A DNA stretch of 63,996 nucleotides, filler included, from Welwitschia mirabilis (taxonomy: Eukaryota), in NCBI GenBank assembly GCA_051453625.1. It is 7 parts of one record of this genome, joined end to end, with 100 filler letters (N's around TTAATTAATTAA, not from the genome) between each part and the next. Parts side by side here need not be neighbours in the genome. Positions count along the whole stretch, not along the records: positions 19,950 to 41,884 come from JBOZIK010000001.1; 6 more parts are not named here. One strand, given 5' to 3'. Under the pieces are notes generated by a model, which did not search any database, was not told where the DNA came from, and was given only the letters and a program-made list of their open reading frames with translations. Below, one piece after another: positions 24,001 through 36,854 of the stretch; position 1 is the first letter of the stretch; the number at the start of each line of letters is the position of its first letter. A program made the translations under genes and the position numbers.

Positions 24001-27000
24001 ATTATTCAGAGCATTGTAATTACATCTTGATTGCGTGATCTTTTTACACCTTTTTATGGGGCCAATATGGACCAATTAAATTAGCTTTGTTATTTCATAA
24101 TTCAGTTTTAATAGATAATTTAGTTTTAAAATAAAAAAATATATTTAAAAATAATTAAAAAATAGGTGTAACATTGTCTGGACATCATCAGTAACTGGGG
24201 ATGGCCTCTCAGCCAAATAATGGATGTAATTCCACTTGTGTCTGGGATTTTTAGTCTCAGGCATTTTGTCATGACCAAGATTCAAGGATCATTTAATAAC
24301 ATTTACACTTACACTTTAGAACCAACATAGACATCCTTTCTGCCCACCTTACCATGCTCTCCTAATGCCATTTTCACTTATGGAATGATCGTGTCTTTTT
24401 TCTTTGTATCTCTGATTGATGTTTGGCCATCCTCTAATGGTGTTACCTATTTGCTCTTTAATGTCAACCCATAAATGCTGCAATTATCCATTCATTACTA
24501 CCTTGGGTGCATCATTTCCTCTCTCCTTGACCACATCTCTTTCTTTCACACTTTTGATTAGTAATTCACTATCCTCTACATCTGGCATTTTCCGTTTTTC
24601 CATTTGTGCTTGTATTAACACTTTTGAGTTTTTTTTCTTTGAACAATTAAGAAACATGGGACTTATTAATACTTTTGAGAGGGGACAGGATATATTTTCA
24701 TAATTTTTACACATTTTAAACTAGTTTACAGGGTCATTTTGAGCATTCATGTAATGTATTTAGCTACATTCACCTAATTTCACATGATGTATTATATATT
24801 TATGATTGAGTAGTCTACACACATATAGAGCTAGACAGGCCAAGACTAAGGTTAAGGCTATTGAATAAGAAGCAGGCCCATTGGCACAATCGAAGATTGA
24901 GCAAGTAAAGCTAGTCCATCCCACACCTCAACATGCTCCATCTTTGACTCTTCAAACCACGGTCATTCATGTCGAGAGGTACTTTAGTGACTTTATGGAG
25001 AGTATGAATCGTGAGGTGGACCAGTGACTTATAGAATTACATCTCTAGTGGATTTTAGATGATCAAAAAACATATTATTTATATATATATATAAGACTAG
25101 GATTTTTATGAGATCATGCATATAGAACATCATCCTGATTCCCATGATCAGCTAGTAGATCTGATAGTAGCTACGATTCAAGGCCACAGGATTGTCATCC
25201 TCCTAAATCACATTGCAGTAATGATAAATCTTGATGGTATTTGAATTGTTCATATACATTTAACTGATGCAACACTGAAGTGTCCTATGTACGACATAAC
25301 ATTAGATTTACTAGTGGATTTGACTCTAGATAGACGAGGCATCTTGGTAACATAGTTGACTACTACTTATTAGATTTTACATAGAGGGCTAATTTAGAAT
25401 ATCAACTCATCTTTTCATGATAATCATGCCATGGTATCACATTTAGAGATACTGGTAGTGTTTAGGGTAAATAAATGGACTTATCCGCATTCTTATGAAG
25501 GAGACAAAGGTCTATGTTAGAGGCATGATAGCTTCACAGTCGGGATATTCATGCCTCATCTCAATCATGTTTAGATGCTTTAGTATACCAAAGCTTGTAG
25601 GTGAGCATCAATTCATGCACATACAAACTTTAGCTCATTAGCTGTAGGACACGGACATCCAGGTACAAGAAGAGGCAAAGAAACCTCAAGTTTAGAGACC
25701 TGCGATTAGCACTTCACTTGAGCAAATTCGAGTCCTTTTGGTAGAGACCATTGAAACTATTAGAGGGATTATCTATAGATTGAAGAATCTCTACATTAGA
25801 GTAGAGGATCCAAACAGTTAAGAAGAGAGTACAGCATACTGAGGAGTAGTTGTTGGATGTACAACAGGACATCCTACAGATAGAGAATAATGTAATGATG
25901 GCTCTTCTGGAGACAATATGAGTACAAGGGGATGAAATAACATGAATTATTACAACATCTCTTGATCACTGTTTCCCTGTAGATCCTGAGCATCCTCTCT
26001 CTTCTCCTCCTACACTTGAGCCTGTCATCCACTAGGAGCTCATTATGAACATACGAGGGGAGTTACATTTTATTATTGTATTTTTATCTCCTTTTCTCTA
26101 TGAATTGTATTTTATATATATATATATGGTATCATCATGGTGCATACTTTTATTGCTACATATCATTGCTTATTTTACATACCATTTTTTCTTACACTTC
26201 ATGATGAGAACTGTCTGTATTATCCACGATTATATTTTTCTACTCTACATTTCAGTGGGGAACTATTAATTATTAGTTTATTTAATCTCTATCTTTCTAA
26301 AAAAGTTTTTAAAAACTTCTATTTTTCAAGAACCATTTTAAAACCTGTAGTCCTCTACATCATCCAATAACCACTGGGATGACAGTATGGTTAATTGCAC
26401 TACATAGGTGAATGTTTAATTATTTATTTTTGACATTTATGTTTCATATTCTAATATTTCTAAAAATCTTTTTGAGCTTNNNNNNNNNNNNNNNNNNNNN
26501 NNNNNNNNNNNNNNNNNNNNNNNNNNNNNNNNNNNNNNNNNNNNNNNNNNNNNNNNNNNNNNNNNNNNNNNNNNNNNNNNNNNNNNNNNNNNNNNNNNNN
26601 NNNNNNNNNNNNNNNNNNNNNNNNNNNNNNNNNNNNNNNNNNNNNNNNNNNNNNNNNNNNNNNNNNNNNNNNNNNNNNNNNNNNNNNNNNNNNNNNNNNN
26701 NNNNNNNNNNNNNNNNNNNNNNNNNNNNNNNNNNNNNNNNNNNNNNNNNNNNNNNNNNNNNNNNNNNNNNNNNNNNNNNNNNNNNNNNNNNNNNNNNNNN
26801 NNNNNNNNNNNNNNNNNNNNNNNNNNNNNNNNNNNNNNNNNNNNNNNNNNNNNNNNNNNNNNNNTTCATATTCTAAAATTTCTAAAAATCTTTTTGAGCT
26901 TAATCATAGTTTTTTAATTGATTTATTATTAGACAAGTTAGACCACAATGGTGATTGTTCACTTATTTTTGTTAGGGACTGATAAGGCTATGTTGTGGAG

Positions 27001-27483
27001 GGAAGGGGGTGGGCTGGGGAAGGGGGTATGAGACTATGTTGTGCTATCAAATTGTATGTATTTGATAGGGTATTTTGAGTTTAGCAAGACATTAAATAGG
27101 TTTATGCTGATTTTCAATGATAATGGAGAGCTAAGACAAATGTTATGGAAATATGAAATCTTCATTACATTTGATAGCATTTAAAGCAATTTACAGTACT
27201 TCCTATTTAAAACAATAGTTCTGTAATAAAAAAGGGTAATACGATACATGGAATAATTTAGAAAAGTTTATTGTCCACGTCATTGTTCAAATAATTATAC
27301 GGATGACAAAAACACTTAAGCTAAGAAGGATGCTAACTAGATCAATCTAGCATCTAATGTGGAACTCTTATGAGGTGGCATCNNNNNNNNNNNNNNNNNN
27401 NNNNNNNNNNNNNNNNNNNNNNNNNNNNNNNNNNNNNNNNNNNNNNNNNNNNNNNNNNNNNNNNNNNNNNNNNNNNNNNNNNN

Positions 27484-28217
27484 GTTTATAGGGTTGTTTT
27501 TACATCTATTAGAATTTTTTTTATTTTAGAGTCTATTTTTTAATAAATACCTCTTTTGCCTTCAACTCCGCTTTTATCTTCGTTTGCACTATAATTCTAA
27601 TGATACAAGATCAAAGGGTTGTAGATCCATCCATTATTGTTATAGAAAGACGTCTTCCTTGGTTTGGACAGAGTACGCTTCATTGAGGTGCTACTACTTT
27701 GTAACACAGATGTTGGCTTTCTTTTAATTAAAACTCCATTTTTCTTTTCATATCTTTTATTTTGTGCATCTTCCTTATGGTTTATGTTGTCTCTAATTTT
27801 GTGATAGCTTCTTTGGTGATATAGATCATGAGGGTAATCTTTGTTAAGATTGACATTATTACTTTAGATGCATTGCATTTTGTTTTCTAGATTAACTTTG
27901 CATTATTTACATATTCTGTTCGACATACCTGATTGCCTAGGTTGGTCTTGATTTGGTAATGGTTTTTCTTGATCAATCTAGATTATACAGGGCAAATGTC
28001 CATGATAGTTTGATTTGGTAATTAGACATAAGTTGCGTTTAGTTTAGACTTGCATTTCATTTGCATAGCGTGTTTATTTGCATTTTTATTTCATTTTACT
28101 TTGAGGATACGATATTTTGTTTGTAAAACTAATTCTCTTTCTTCTTTCCTATTCCTTCAATAAGAATATGATATTTGGGTTACTCCCATCTATCTTAACA
28201 TGTGGTATTGTATAAAA

Positions 28218-28267
<50 letters not shown>

Positions 28268-28512
28268 ATTAACAAGATTTATTNNNNNNNNNNNNNNNNN
28301 NNNNNNNNNNNNNNNNNNNNNNNNNNNNNNNNNNNNNNNNNNNNNNNNNNNNNNNNNNNNNNNNNNNNNNNNNNNNNNNNNNNCTTCAATAAGAATATGA
28401 TATTTGGGTTACTTCCATATATATTAACATGTGGTGTTGTATAAAACCTATATATATATTTGTGATTAACAAGATTTATTTGAGGATATGACATTTTCAC
28501 AAATATGCATCA
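27484..28512 (+). mobile_element. Probable LTR (ends ...TGCATCA) interrupting a copia RNase H region; partial second copy 30039-30341
   Basis: Non-coding, with TATA-like ATAAATA at ~27543. Ends in CA exactly where the copia RNase H frame begins, and the same junction recurs at 30341. Confidence 0.45.
28220..28264. repeat. (TA)n microsatellite
   Basis: About 22 TA units. Confidence 0.95.
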
Positions 28513-29938
28513 CAATAACTACCATAATATCGATCACCCTGCAAAGGTTATCAAGTATCATAATGTGAACTTTCTAGAATCAGTATATTTGGCTAAGGTT
28601 TATCTTAATCAAAATACAAACATAACTTTCAAGTACCTCTAAAGTATCTGAGGATCCATTTTACTACCTCCCAATGTTCTTTGCTAGGATTTTTGAAAAA
28701 CTAGCAAATAACTCCAATAGCATGAGCAATATCTAGTCTTAGCATACTATAGCATACATCAAGTTACTAATGCATAAAGCTCGTTCTTGATTTCTTCCTT
28801 TTCTTTCTCATTCAAATGTATTTCATTGAAGCTGAGATTAAAGTGATCTATAAGTGGAGAACATAGTGTCTTTGCTTTGCTTGTTAAATCTTTTAGTCAT
28901 TTCTTAATGTATCTTACCTAACATAGACATAACTTTCTTATGTTATTATCTTTAGAGATTTTCATACTAAGTATTTATTTTGTCAATTCCAAGCACTTCA
29001 CTGTAAAGTATTTACTCGGCTCTTTTTTCAACTTATTTATTTTCTTAGTATCAAGGCCAACTATTAACATATCACCTATGTAAATTAGAAGAATGATAAA
29101 ATCATCATTTAAAAATTTCTTCACAAATGTAAAATAATTAGAAGTAGTCTTCTTATATCCATGCTCTTTCATGAAGAATTCAAACTACTTGTACCACTGT
29201 TTTGATAGTTGTTTAAGTCTGTATAAACTCTTTATTAATCTACACATAAGGTTCTTCCTACCTTGAGGTTCAAATCCTTCAAGTTCCTTTATACAGGTTT
29301 CTTCCTATGAGTTTCCATGAAAAAAGGCAATCTTCACAGTAAGTTGTTCAATATCTAGGTCCAAACTAGTGAGTAATCCTAGAATAACTCTGATAACAAA
29401 GATCCTTATTAGATGTGAGAATACTTCTTCAAAGTGAATGCACTTCTCTGATCAAAACTTTTCAAAACCAATTGTGCCTTATATGTTGGTTGTTAGTGAT
29501 TTTGCTCAATCTTTAAACCTCAACGTTTATTTGTTGTTAAGTGTCTTTTTGCCTTTTGGCAACTGCACTAACTCATACATATTATTATCTTGCAATGATT
29601 GCATTTCCTCTTACATGGCCTTCAACAATTCTTCCTTATGCTTATGTGACATAGCTCCTTCTTATCTTTGTAGTTCCCTTGCAGCTGTGAGTAACATTTA
29701 CTCATTAGGAGAATATCCACTACAAGTATGATGTTATTTAATAGATCTTCTTAATTGAGGCTCTACTGGTAAGTCTAGAGGAGTCTAATCTGAATGTTGT
29801 TATAGTGTAGCAACCTCAGTTGTGGGAGTAGTATTTGTATATTCTCAAGTCTGCATCTCCTTCGTTATTTTGTACATCATTTCCATGATCATGTACACAA
29901 GGCTCCATTAAGATTAAAAATCCTACTATTAACATTTT
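28513..29938 (-). mobile_element. Ty1/copia RT-RNase H fragment (duplicate of 30342-31760)
   Basis: Minus strand QWYK*FEFFMKEHGYKKT...DDFIILLIYIGDMLIVG, HWEVVKWILRY and SRKFTL*YLITFAG*SILW (decayed RKSTSGYLITFAGGAISW). Confidence 0.88.
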
Positions 29939-30341
29939 NNNNNNNNNNNNNNNNNNNNNNNNNNNNNNNNNNNNNNNNNNNNNNNNNNNNNNNNNNNNNN
30001 NNNNNNNNNNNNNNNNNNNNNNNNNNNNNNNNNNNNNNTAGATTATATAGGGTCTATCTTTATGATAAGTTAATTTAGTAATTGGATGGAATTTTCATTT
30101 ATTTTAGACCTATATTACATTTGCATAGTGTGTTTATTTACATTATTATTTTATTCTACTTCGAGGATATAGTATTTTATTTGTAAAATTAATTCTCTTT
30201 CTTCTCACATATTCCTTCAACAAAAATATGACATGTGGGTCATTCCCATTCATATTAGTATGTTGTATTATGTAAAATCTATATATATTTGTGATTGACA
30301 GCATCTGTTTAAGGACACAACATTTGCACAAATATGCACCA

Positions 30342-33270
30342 GCTACCATAATATAGATCACCCTACAAAGANNNNNNNNNNTCATATATGCATATGTGTA
30401 TCTAGTAAGAATAGGATTCTCCTCATCAAAATAGAAACATAACTTTGAAGTATCTCTAAGATATCTAAGGAATCATTTCACTGCCTCCTAATGTTCTTTG
30501 CTAGAAATTTTGAAAAACTAACAAACAAATCCAATAGCATAAGCAATATCTAGTCTTGGCATACTATAGCATATGTCAAGCTACTGATTGCTAATGCATA
30601 AAGCACATTCTTAATTTCTTTCTTTTCTTTTTCACTCAAAGTTATTTTCTTGAAGTTGAGATTAAAGTGATCTACAAGTGGAGAACATAGTGACTTTGCT
30701 TTGCTTATTAAATCTTTTAATCATTTCTTAATGTATCTTTCCTGGCATAGCCACAACTTTATCCTTTTATTATCTTTAGAGATGTTCATGATAAGTATTT
30801 ATTTTGTTGGTTCCAAGTATTCATTATAAAGTATTTACTTAGCTCTTTTTTTAATTTATTTATTTTCAGAGTATCAAGGCCAACTATTAACATATCATCT
30901 ATGTAAAATAAGAAGATGATAAAATCATCATTTTAAATTTTATTCATAAATGCACAATGATTAGAACTAGTCTTCTTATATCCATGCTCTTTCATGAAGG
31001 ATTTAAACTATTGTACCATTATCTTGATGCTTGTTTAGGTCTTTATAAAGTCTTTATTAATCTACATAGAAGGTTCTTCCTACCTTGATGTTCAAATCCT
31101 TTAGTTTACTTCATATAGATTTCTTCCTATGAGTTTCCATGAAAAAAGACAATCTTCATAGTAAGTTATTCAATATCTAGATCTAAACTAGTAGCTAATC
31201 CTAGGATAACTCTAATAAAAGACATCCTTATTAGATGTGAAAATATTTCTCCAAAGTCAATGTCCTTCTTCTACCCAAAAAGTTTCACAACCAATTATGC
31301 CTTATACATTGGTTGTGAGTCATTTTGCTCACTCTTTAAATCTAAGCATTTATTTGTTGTTAAGTGTCTTTTTTCCTTTTGGCAATTACAATAACTCATA
31401 GGTATTATTATCTTGCAATGATTGCGTCTCCTCTTACATAGCCTTGAACAATTCTTTCCTATGCTTATGTGACATGGCTTCTTCTTATCTCTATACTTCC
31501 CTTGCATCTGTGAGTAACATATTAGGAGAATATGTGCTAGAAGGATGATGTTATTTAATAGACCTTCTCAACTAAGGCTCCACTGATGAGTCTAGAGGAG
31601 TCTGATCTGAAAGTTATTCTAGTGTAGCATCTTCAGTTGTGGGAGCAGTGTTTGTATATTCTGAATGCTGCATCTCCTTCATCATTTTGTACATCATTTC
31701 CATGATGGTGTACATGATGCTCCATGAAGATTAATAATCCTTCTATTAACAATATTTAACTTTTTTTCTTCTTCCAAGTCTTTAATAGTTTGATCTTCTA
31801 AGAATACAATATCTCTACTTCTAATGATTTTCTTCTTCTTAGGATCCCATAAGCTAGAGCCAAACTCATCATGTCGATAGCTGAGGAAGATACATTGTTT
31901 TATCTTCTCATCAAGCTTGAACCTTTCATCCCTCAGAATGTAAACAAATGCCCTACTGTCCAAAAATTTTAAATAATTAAGATACATGTTTCCTATCCAA
32001 ACTATATCACCAACATCACCATTATAAGGTTTAAAAGGGAAAATGTTAATCAAACCCATAACTATCCTCATTGCCTCATCCCAAGAAGACTTAGGCTTCT
32101 TTGCATGAGCGACCATACATATAATTCTGTCATAGATGGTTTTATTCATTCTCTCAATCACACTATTATGTTGTGAAGTCTTGTCTTCACAATCCTAATC
32201 TAATGAAAGTTGTAATACTCCTTAAAGGGTCCTGTAAACTCACCACCAATATTTGCTTTCACACATTTTAATTTCCTTCTAGTTTGCCTTTCTACTTTAA
32301 CATAAAATTTCTTAAATTCATTAAGTACTTGATCTTTAGTTTATAAGGCAAAGACCCATACCTTTCTAAAGTGATCATCAATAAATGTCACAACATACAA
32401 TGCCCCACCAAGTTTTTAATCTCTCACGAAACATATATTCATATGAATCAACTCCAAAAGATTATTTTTCTCAGAAGAAGGAAATTTATAAAAACAAACT
32501 TTATGTTGGTTTCTATCTAAACAATAAGCACAAGGCCTTGAATTAAATATGTATCTTTCATTTTATATAGGAGCTCCTTCTTGGCAAGAACTTACAGATC
32601 TTTTTACTTGAGTAACTAAGTCTTCTATGCCATAGTTCAGTGTAACATTCTTATTTTACTGTATTTGCAAATCCTTTTGTAAGTTTACCTTGAGTAAAGT
32701 AGAGGAAGCTTTTCTTCTTCCCTTTGGCCAATACTAGAGAGCCCTTTGTGAGTTTACATCCTCCATCACCCAAGTGACTATGATACCCTCATATAGGCTC
32801 TCCAACTTTATCCAGAGTTGATAAGGATCCCTCTCCTATATTATCTAATGAATACTATTTAGTTTAATCCATTGCCTGATTAAACCAGCTACTTTCCTAT
32901 TGATTCTCTTCCAATCTTTTTTGTCTATACCATCAGGGTTAATTCCTCATGTTTTATGGGATCAAATAAATCTTTACAATAAAATAAATCTTCCATCATC
33001 ATCTTCTATGTTGAGTAATTTGACGATATAAGCTTAATTATGAGCTACGACATATTTCTATTTTAATTTCACAAAAATAATTGTTTGTTAGCCCACATTC
33101 TATACTTAGGCTAGAGAACTTCCTCTTATGATTTCTCCTCTATTAGGCAACAAGCTAGTTAAACCTAGCAAACAAAAGCAGCAACAAAGACTTTTCCTCT
33201 TTTCCTCTTTCTCCCCCTCTCCCCTTCTTCTTTTCCTTTTGTTATCTCTTACTCCCTTTCTTACCTGAAA
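30342..33270 (-). mobile_element. Decayed Ty1/copia element (Tnt1/Tork-like): gag start, gag-pre-integrase, integrase, RT; most of gag/protease deleted
   Basis: MEDLFYCKDLFDP (gag start ~33000), ELWHRRL (~32630), GGALYVVTFIDDHFRKVWVF (~32410), IERMNKTI...WDEA...KQCIFLSY...IIRSRDIVFLE (ORF 31694-32161), RT motifs 30420-31400. WIKLESLYE is joined directly to the pre-integrase region at ~32790. Confidence 0.9.
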
Positions 33271-33299
33271 CTCTATAACTTTATCATATTACGAAATGA

Positions 33300-35911
33300 A
33301 GTGATCATTGGAAGAAGCCACATGGAGGAATAGAGAATAAGAAACGAAGACACGCAGATGACAGTGTCGCGTAGTAAGGGATAGCCTGCACGTAAACGAT
33401 TACAACGTTTTTTTAATCCCCCTTCAGATTCGTTTTTGCCCATGACCATGGTTTTTCGTCATTTGGCTTTTCTAAGAGTGTTCTGCAGCTTCAATGGCTT
33501 CCCGCGTCTGACAGGATTTTGCAGTGAGACTGAGGTCTTGGCCCGAAAGGAGTGCTCTGTTTACAAACGAATTCCGCATCAATACTTCGAAGCGTCTTGC
33601 TTTTTCAGCACAGAAATCTCCTCAGAAGTCAGCGTTTCAAGTCACTCTCAGAAGAAAACGCTCTCAGCGTTAAAAAAACGAGCGCACTCGCTAATGCGAA
33701 GGTAAATGATTATAACTGCGTCCGCTCGGACTCCGGCTTAAGCACAGGTAGACTCACAACAACAAAAGTAGGCACAGGGAGAGCAAGAACACGCCAAATA
33801 CAGTGCCATCATGGTTGAGTTTCCAGAAGAGGTCGGAGGCCATTCTTGTGGTCTCTTCGGTGGCTATCTCCAATGNNNNNNNNNNNNNNNNNNNNNNNNN
33901 NNNNNNNNNNNNNNNNNNNNNNNNNNNNNNNNNNNNNNNNNNNNNNNNNNNNNNNNNNNNNNNNNNNNNNNNNNNAGTTTCCAGAAGAGGTCGGAGGCCA
34001 TTCTTGTGCTCTCTTCGGTGGCTATCTCCAATGCCCTTCACAATTCCTCTACGATCTGCATTCTGCAGAGTTGTTGCAGATCGACGTGGCTCCCTGTATT
34101 TTCGGTGTTTTCAAGGATGGTGATGAGTTTTGTTGGGTGACTTAAGTGGCTGAGCAAAACAGCGAGTTTTGTTGGCGCAGAAGACGTAAGTGGAGATGTT
34201 ATCTTGGGGACAGGGGAGTGAGCACATGACGTAAGGCATCACAGGGGCAAAAGGAAACGGAGACGTGAAACGGTACTAAACATAGGCTCCTATACCGGAT
34301 GTTGGATACAAGGGCAGGAAGACAAGCTCAGGATACAACGTCTAAGCCAACTGACACCAAACGCTCCCCGCTCACCCCATCGCTTGCAACCCAGCTTGAT
34401 TTATAATCGCTGCGTCACCAAATCTCATTTAATGCCAACGATTTTCAGGTGCCGAAGACGGAAAAAAACTTCTCCAGTGAAAGAAAATATGAGAAATCTC
34501 TACCAACAGAAAATATCTCCTCCACATATGGAGGGTTAATTCAACGGAAATCAACAGAACAAGGTTGGAAGTAAGAAGTTTTATTATAAAAAAACAATGC
34601 TTTATTGAACGTNNNNNNNNNNNNNNNNNNNNNNNNNNNNNNNNNNNNNNNNNNNNNNNNNNNNNNNNNNNNNNNNNNNNNNNNNNNNNNNNNNNNNNNN
34701 NNNNNNNNNNNNTCAAGGATGGTGATGAGTTTTGTTGGATGACTTAAGTGGCTGAGCAAAACAGCGAGTTGCAGAAGGATTTGGCGCAGAAGATGTAAGT
34801 GGAGATGTTATCTTGGGGACGCTGGAGTCGGCAGCTGACGTAATGCATCACAGGAGCAAAAGGAAAGGGAGATGTGAAACGGCACCAAACGTAGGCTCCG
34901 TTACAAAGGTACGAAGACAAGCTCAGGATACAACGTCTAAGCCAACTGACACCAAAGGTAAGTGAGTTATCTCTGCACCCCGCTTACGCCATCGCTTGCA
35001 ACCCAGCTTGATTTATAATCGCGGGGTCACCAAATCTAGTTTAATGCCAACGATTTTCAGGTGCCGAAGATGAAAAAAATCTTCTCCAGTGAAAGAAAAG
35101 ATGAAAAATCTCTTCCAACAGAAAATACCTTCTCCACATATGGAGGGATAATTCATCAGAAATCAACAGAACAAGGTTGGAAGAAAGAAGTTTTATTATA
35201 AAAGCAATGCTTTATTGAACGTTTAACAATTAAAGGATTTTCAAGCTTGAAGATTGAGAAGCTGCACAAACAAATATTGGGCATACTGCTGACACAGCGG
35301 AACGCGTCCACCGTTGAGTGTGGAGACTGGAGAGTCACAGAGCTGAGGGACAGCCTTTAGTCTCCCTTGAGACTGTGATTGCCGTCTTACGCAGCAATTC
35401 AAAAGTTATTAATTTGTTTGTCCCGTCCCGTTCCCTCATCATCTTTGCTTGAAATCTGTTTGGCTTCCTACGATTTTTCATGTGATTACAGTTTGCCTGT
35501 TTCATTTCCGTAAGAACTTTCCAGTGCAGAGGTCATTGCCTCTGGTCCTTCGCATGCTTGCGCAACCTTACCTGTGCTTTCCATCTGGGCCTTTAATTTT
35601 AAGGCTGCCAATGGAAAGTTGAGAGTATTATCTTGGATGGATTTTCGTTCCAGACCAAGTTGTGTTTCAATCAGTTTCTTTTCTTATTAAGGAAGCTGTA
35701 ACGTATCTTAATCATCCTCATGCCTGTCACCTTTGTCAAAACGTTGGCCATGTTAAAAAACTGTAACTGGGCGAAATGGTTAACCAAGTTCACCCCGATC
35801 TTCGCTGCCCTCCAAGTCTCTCAGACTGGTCCTGCGTGGTGACAATATGATTAAAAGTTTTGTTAAGGTGAAATTAATACATAAAATAGGATCTAATGCT
35901 AAGGAAAAGCG
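33300..35911 (+). other. GC/CpG-richer island upstream of tRNA-Asn, with candidate 103-nt intron (34958-35060) and internal duplication (34110-34612 / 34713-35222)
   Basis: Frequent CG dinucleotides compared with the surrounding TEs; splice-like sites AAG|GTAAGT ... TTTTCAG|G; no long recognisable ORF. Confidence 0.5.
35333..35765 (+). pseudogene. Second copy of the DUF4283/zinc-knuckle remnant (paralogue of 1-451)
   Basis: Aligns with window 1-451 apart from a ~30-bp deletion; encodes LNHPHACHLCQNVGHVK..C with a frameshift. Confidence 0.55.
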
Positions 35912-35928
35912 GCTGGAATAGCTCAGTT

Positions 35929-35961
<33 letters not shown>

Positions 35962-35985
35962 GAGGTTCAAGCCCTCCTTCTAGCG
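35912..35985 (+). tRNA. trnN-GTT: tRNA-Asn (GTT), identical to 1779-1852
   Basis: Same 74-nt cloverleaf, base for base. Confidence 0.98.
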
Positions 35986-36059
35986 ATATCAGAAAAAGCT
36001 GTTTAACATATCATTATCATGAACTGTGTGCGTCCCAGCAGATTAGGGTTTAGAGTTGA

Positions 36060-36064
36060 TTTTT
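36060..36064 (+). terminator. Probable Pol III terminator (T5) of tRNA-Asn copy 2
   Basis: First run of 4 or more T, 74 nt after the tRNA; homologous to the T6 of copy 1. Confidence 0.6.
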
Positions 36065-36575
36065 CTAGCTCTGTAGTGGGTTTATGCAACCTCTACGCTA
36101 GTGGACATCCTCTTGAAAGTTATGAGTCCTGGAATTGGTTAAAAAAACTATTTCTTTGGGAAAGAAATAAGCTTCCAAATCATTGAGAAAATCTTTTACT
36201 TCTTTGGAAAAGAAAAGAGCTTCAACATCATTGAAAAAAGCTTTTAATGTGTAGATACTTTGACTTAGTACCCCAAAAAAAAAAGTCCTTTACGTTTAAT
36301 TTTGAAATAATTGTAAAAATAGGTTTTTACTTTAAAATTATAATTTCTGTAAAAAAATAAATAAATAACTTATGAAACGGTAAACTTAATTAATTTTGAA
36401 TTGATAGATGTAATTAACTTTAAAATGGCAAAGCTAATAAATTTTGAAACGACTGACTTCTAAAACACTCAACCTAATAAATTTTAAAAAGGTAAACCTA
36501 ATAACTTTGAAATCATAAACCTAATTTAATGGGGTCATATTTACCCTATAAAAGGCCTAGAGAAATGCACACAAT

Positions 36576-36854
36576 CAAAATGGAATCAAAACGCTTTGAA
36601 GAAATTGCTCAATTAAAACGTGATCAAAATGCTCTAAAGAAATTACTCTATAAAATTGGAATTCGCTCTGAAAAACAGTGGGAGGCTCAATGGTGGATAA
36701 AGCTTCTCCAAGGCTATGATATTTAGATTGGAAAGTTTTATAGATTGCTTTCTTTTTATCGTCTTTCTTAAATATAGATTTCAAAGTTCTAATCATTGTT
36801 ATAAACGTAGTTGTCTGCTTTCTCATTTATTTAACAAACAACTTTAATAGCATT
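36576..36854 (+). mobile_element. 3' terminal stub of the L1-clade LINE family
   Basis: Aligns with 14643-14884 (the end of LINE B); encodes ...QNALKKLLYKIGIRSEKQWEAQWWIKLLQGYDI* plus 3' UTR. Confidence 0.8.

Noticed and set aside
24180..27380. Possible gypsy internal region with GAGGGGGAG purine tract at ~26054
   Set aside because: No gag/pol motif is recognisable, so it is too weak to call as a feature.
28202..28444. IYIYIY ORF, and similar Y/I-rich ORFs at 58683-59537
   Set aside because: Translations of (TA)n and AT-rich low-complexity DNA.
36043..36053. CTAAACCCTAA on the minus strand as a telomerase RNA template
   Set aside because: A T5 run follows only ~50 nt downstream on that strand, no USE/TATA promoter or downstream TR domains are recognisable, and the motif is absent from the paralogous copy. 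A telo-box is more likely.
35986..36064. Dicistronic tRNA-snoRNA
   Set aside because: The trailer has no RTGATGA C box or terminal CTGA D box and no clear H/ACA layout.
36529..36726. 65-aa ORF MGSYLPYKRP... as a gene
   Set aside because: It is a chance fusion of the tRNA-flank repeat with the LINE ORF2 C-terminal stub at the 36576-36587 junction.
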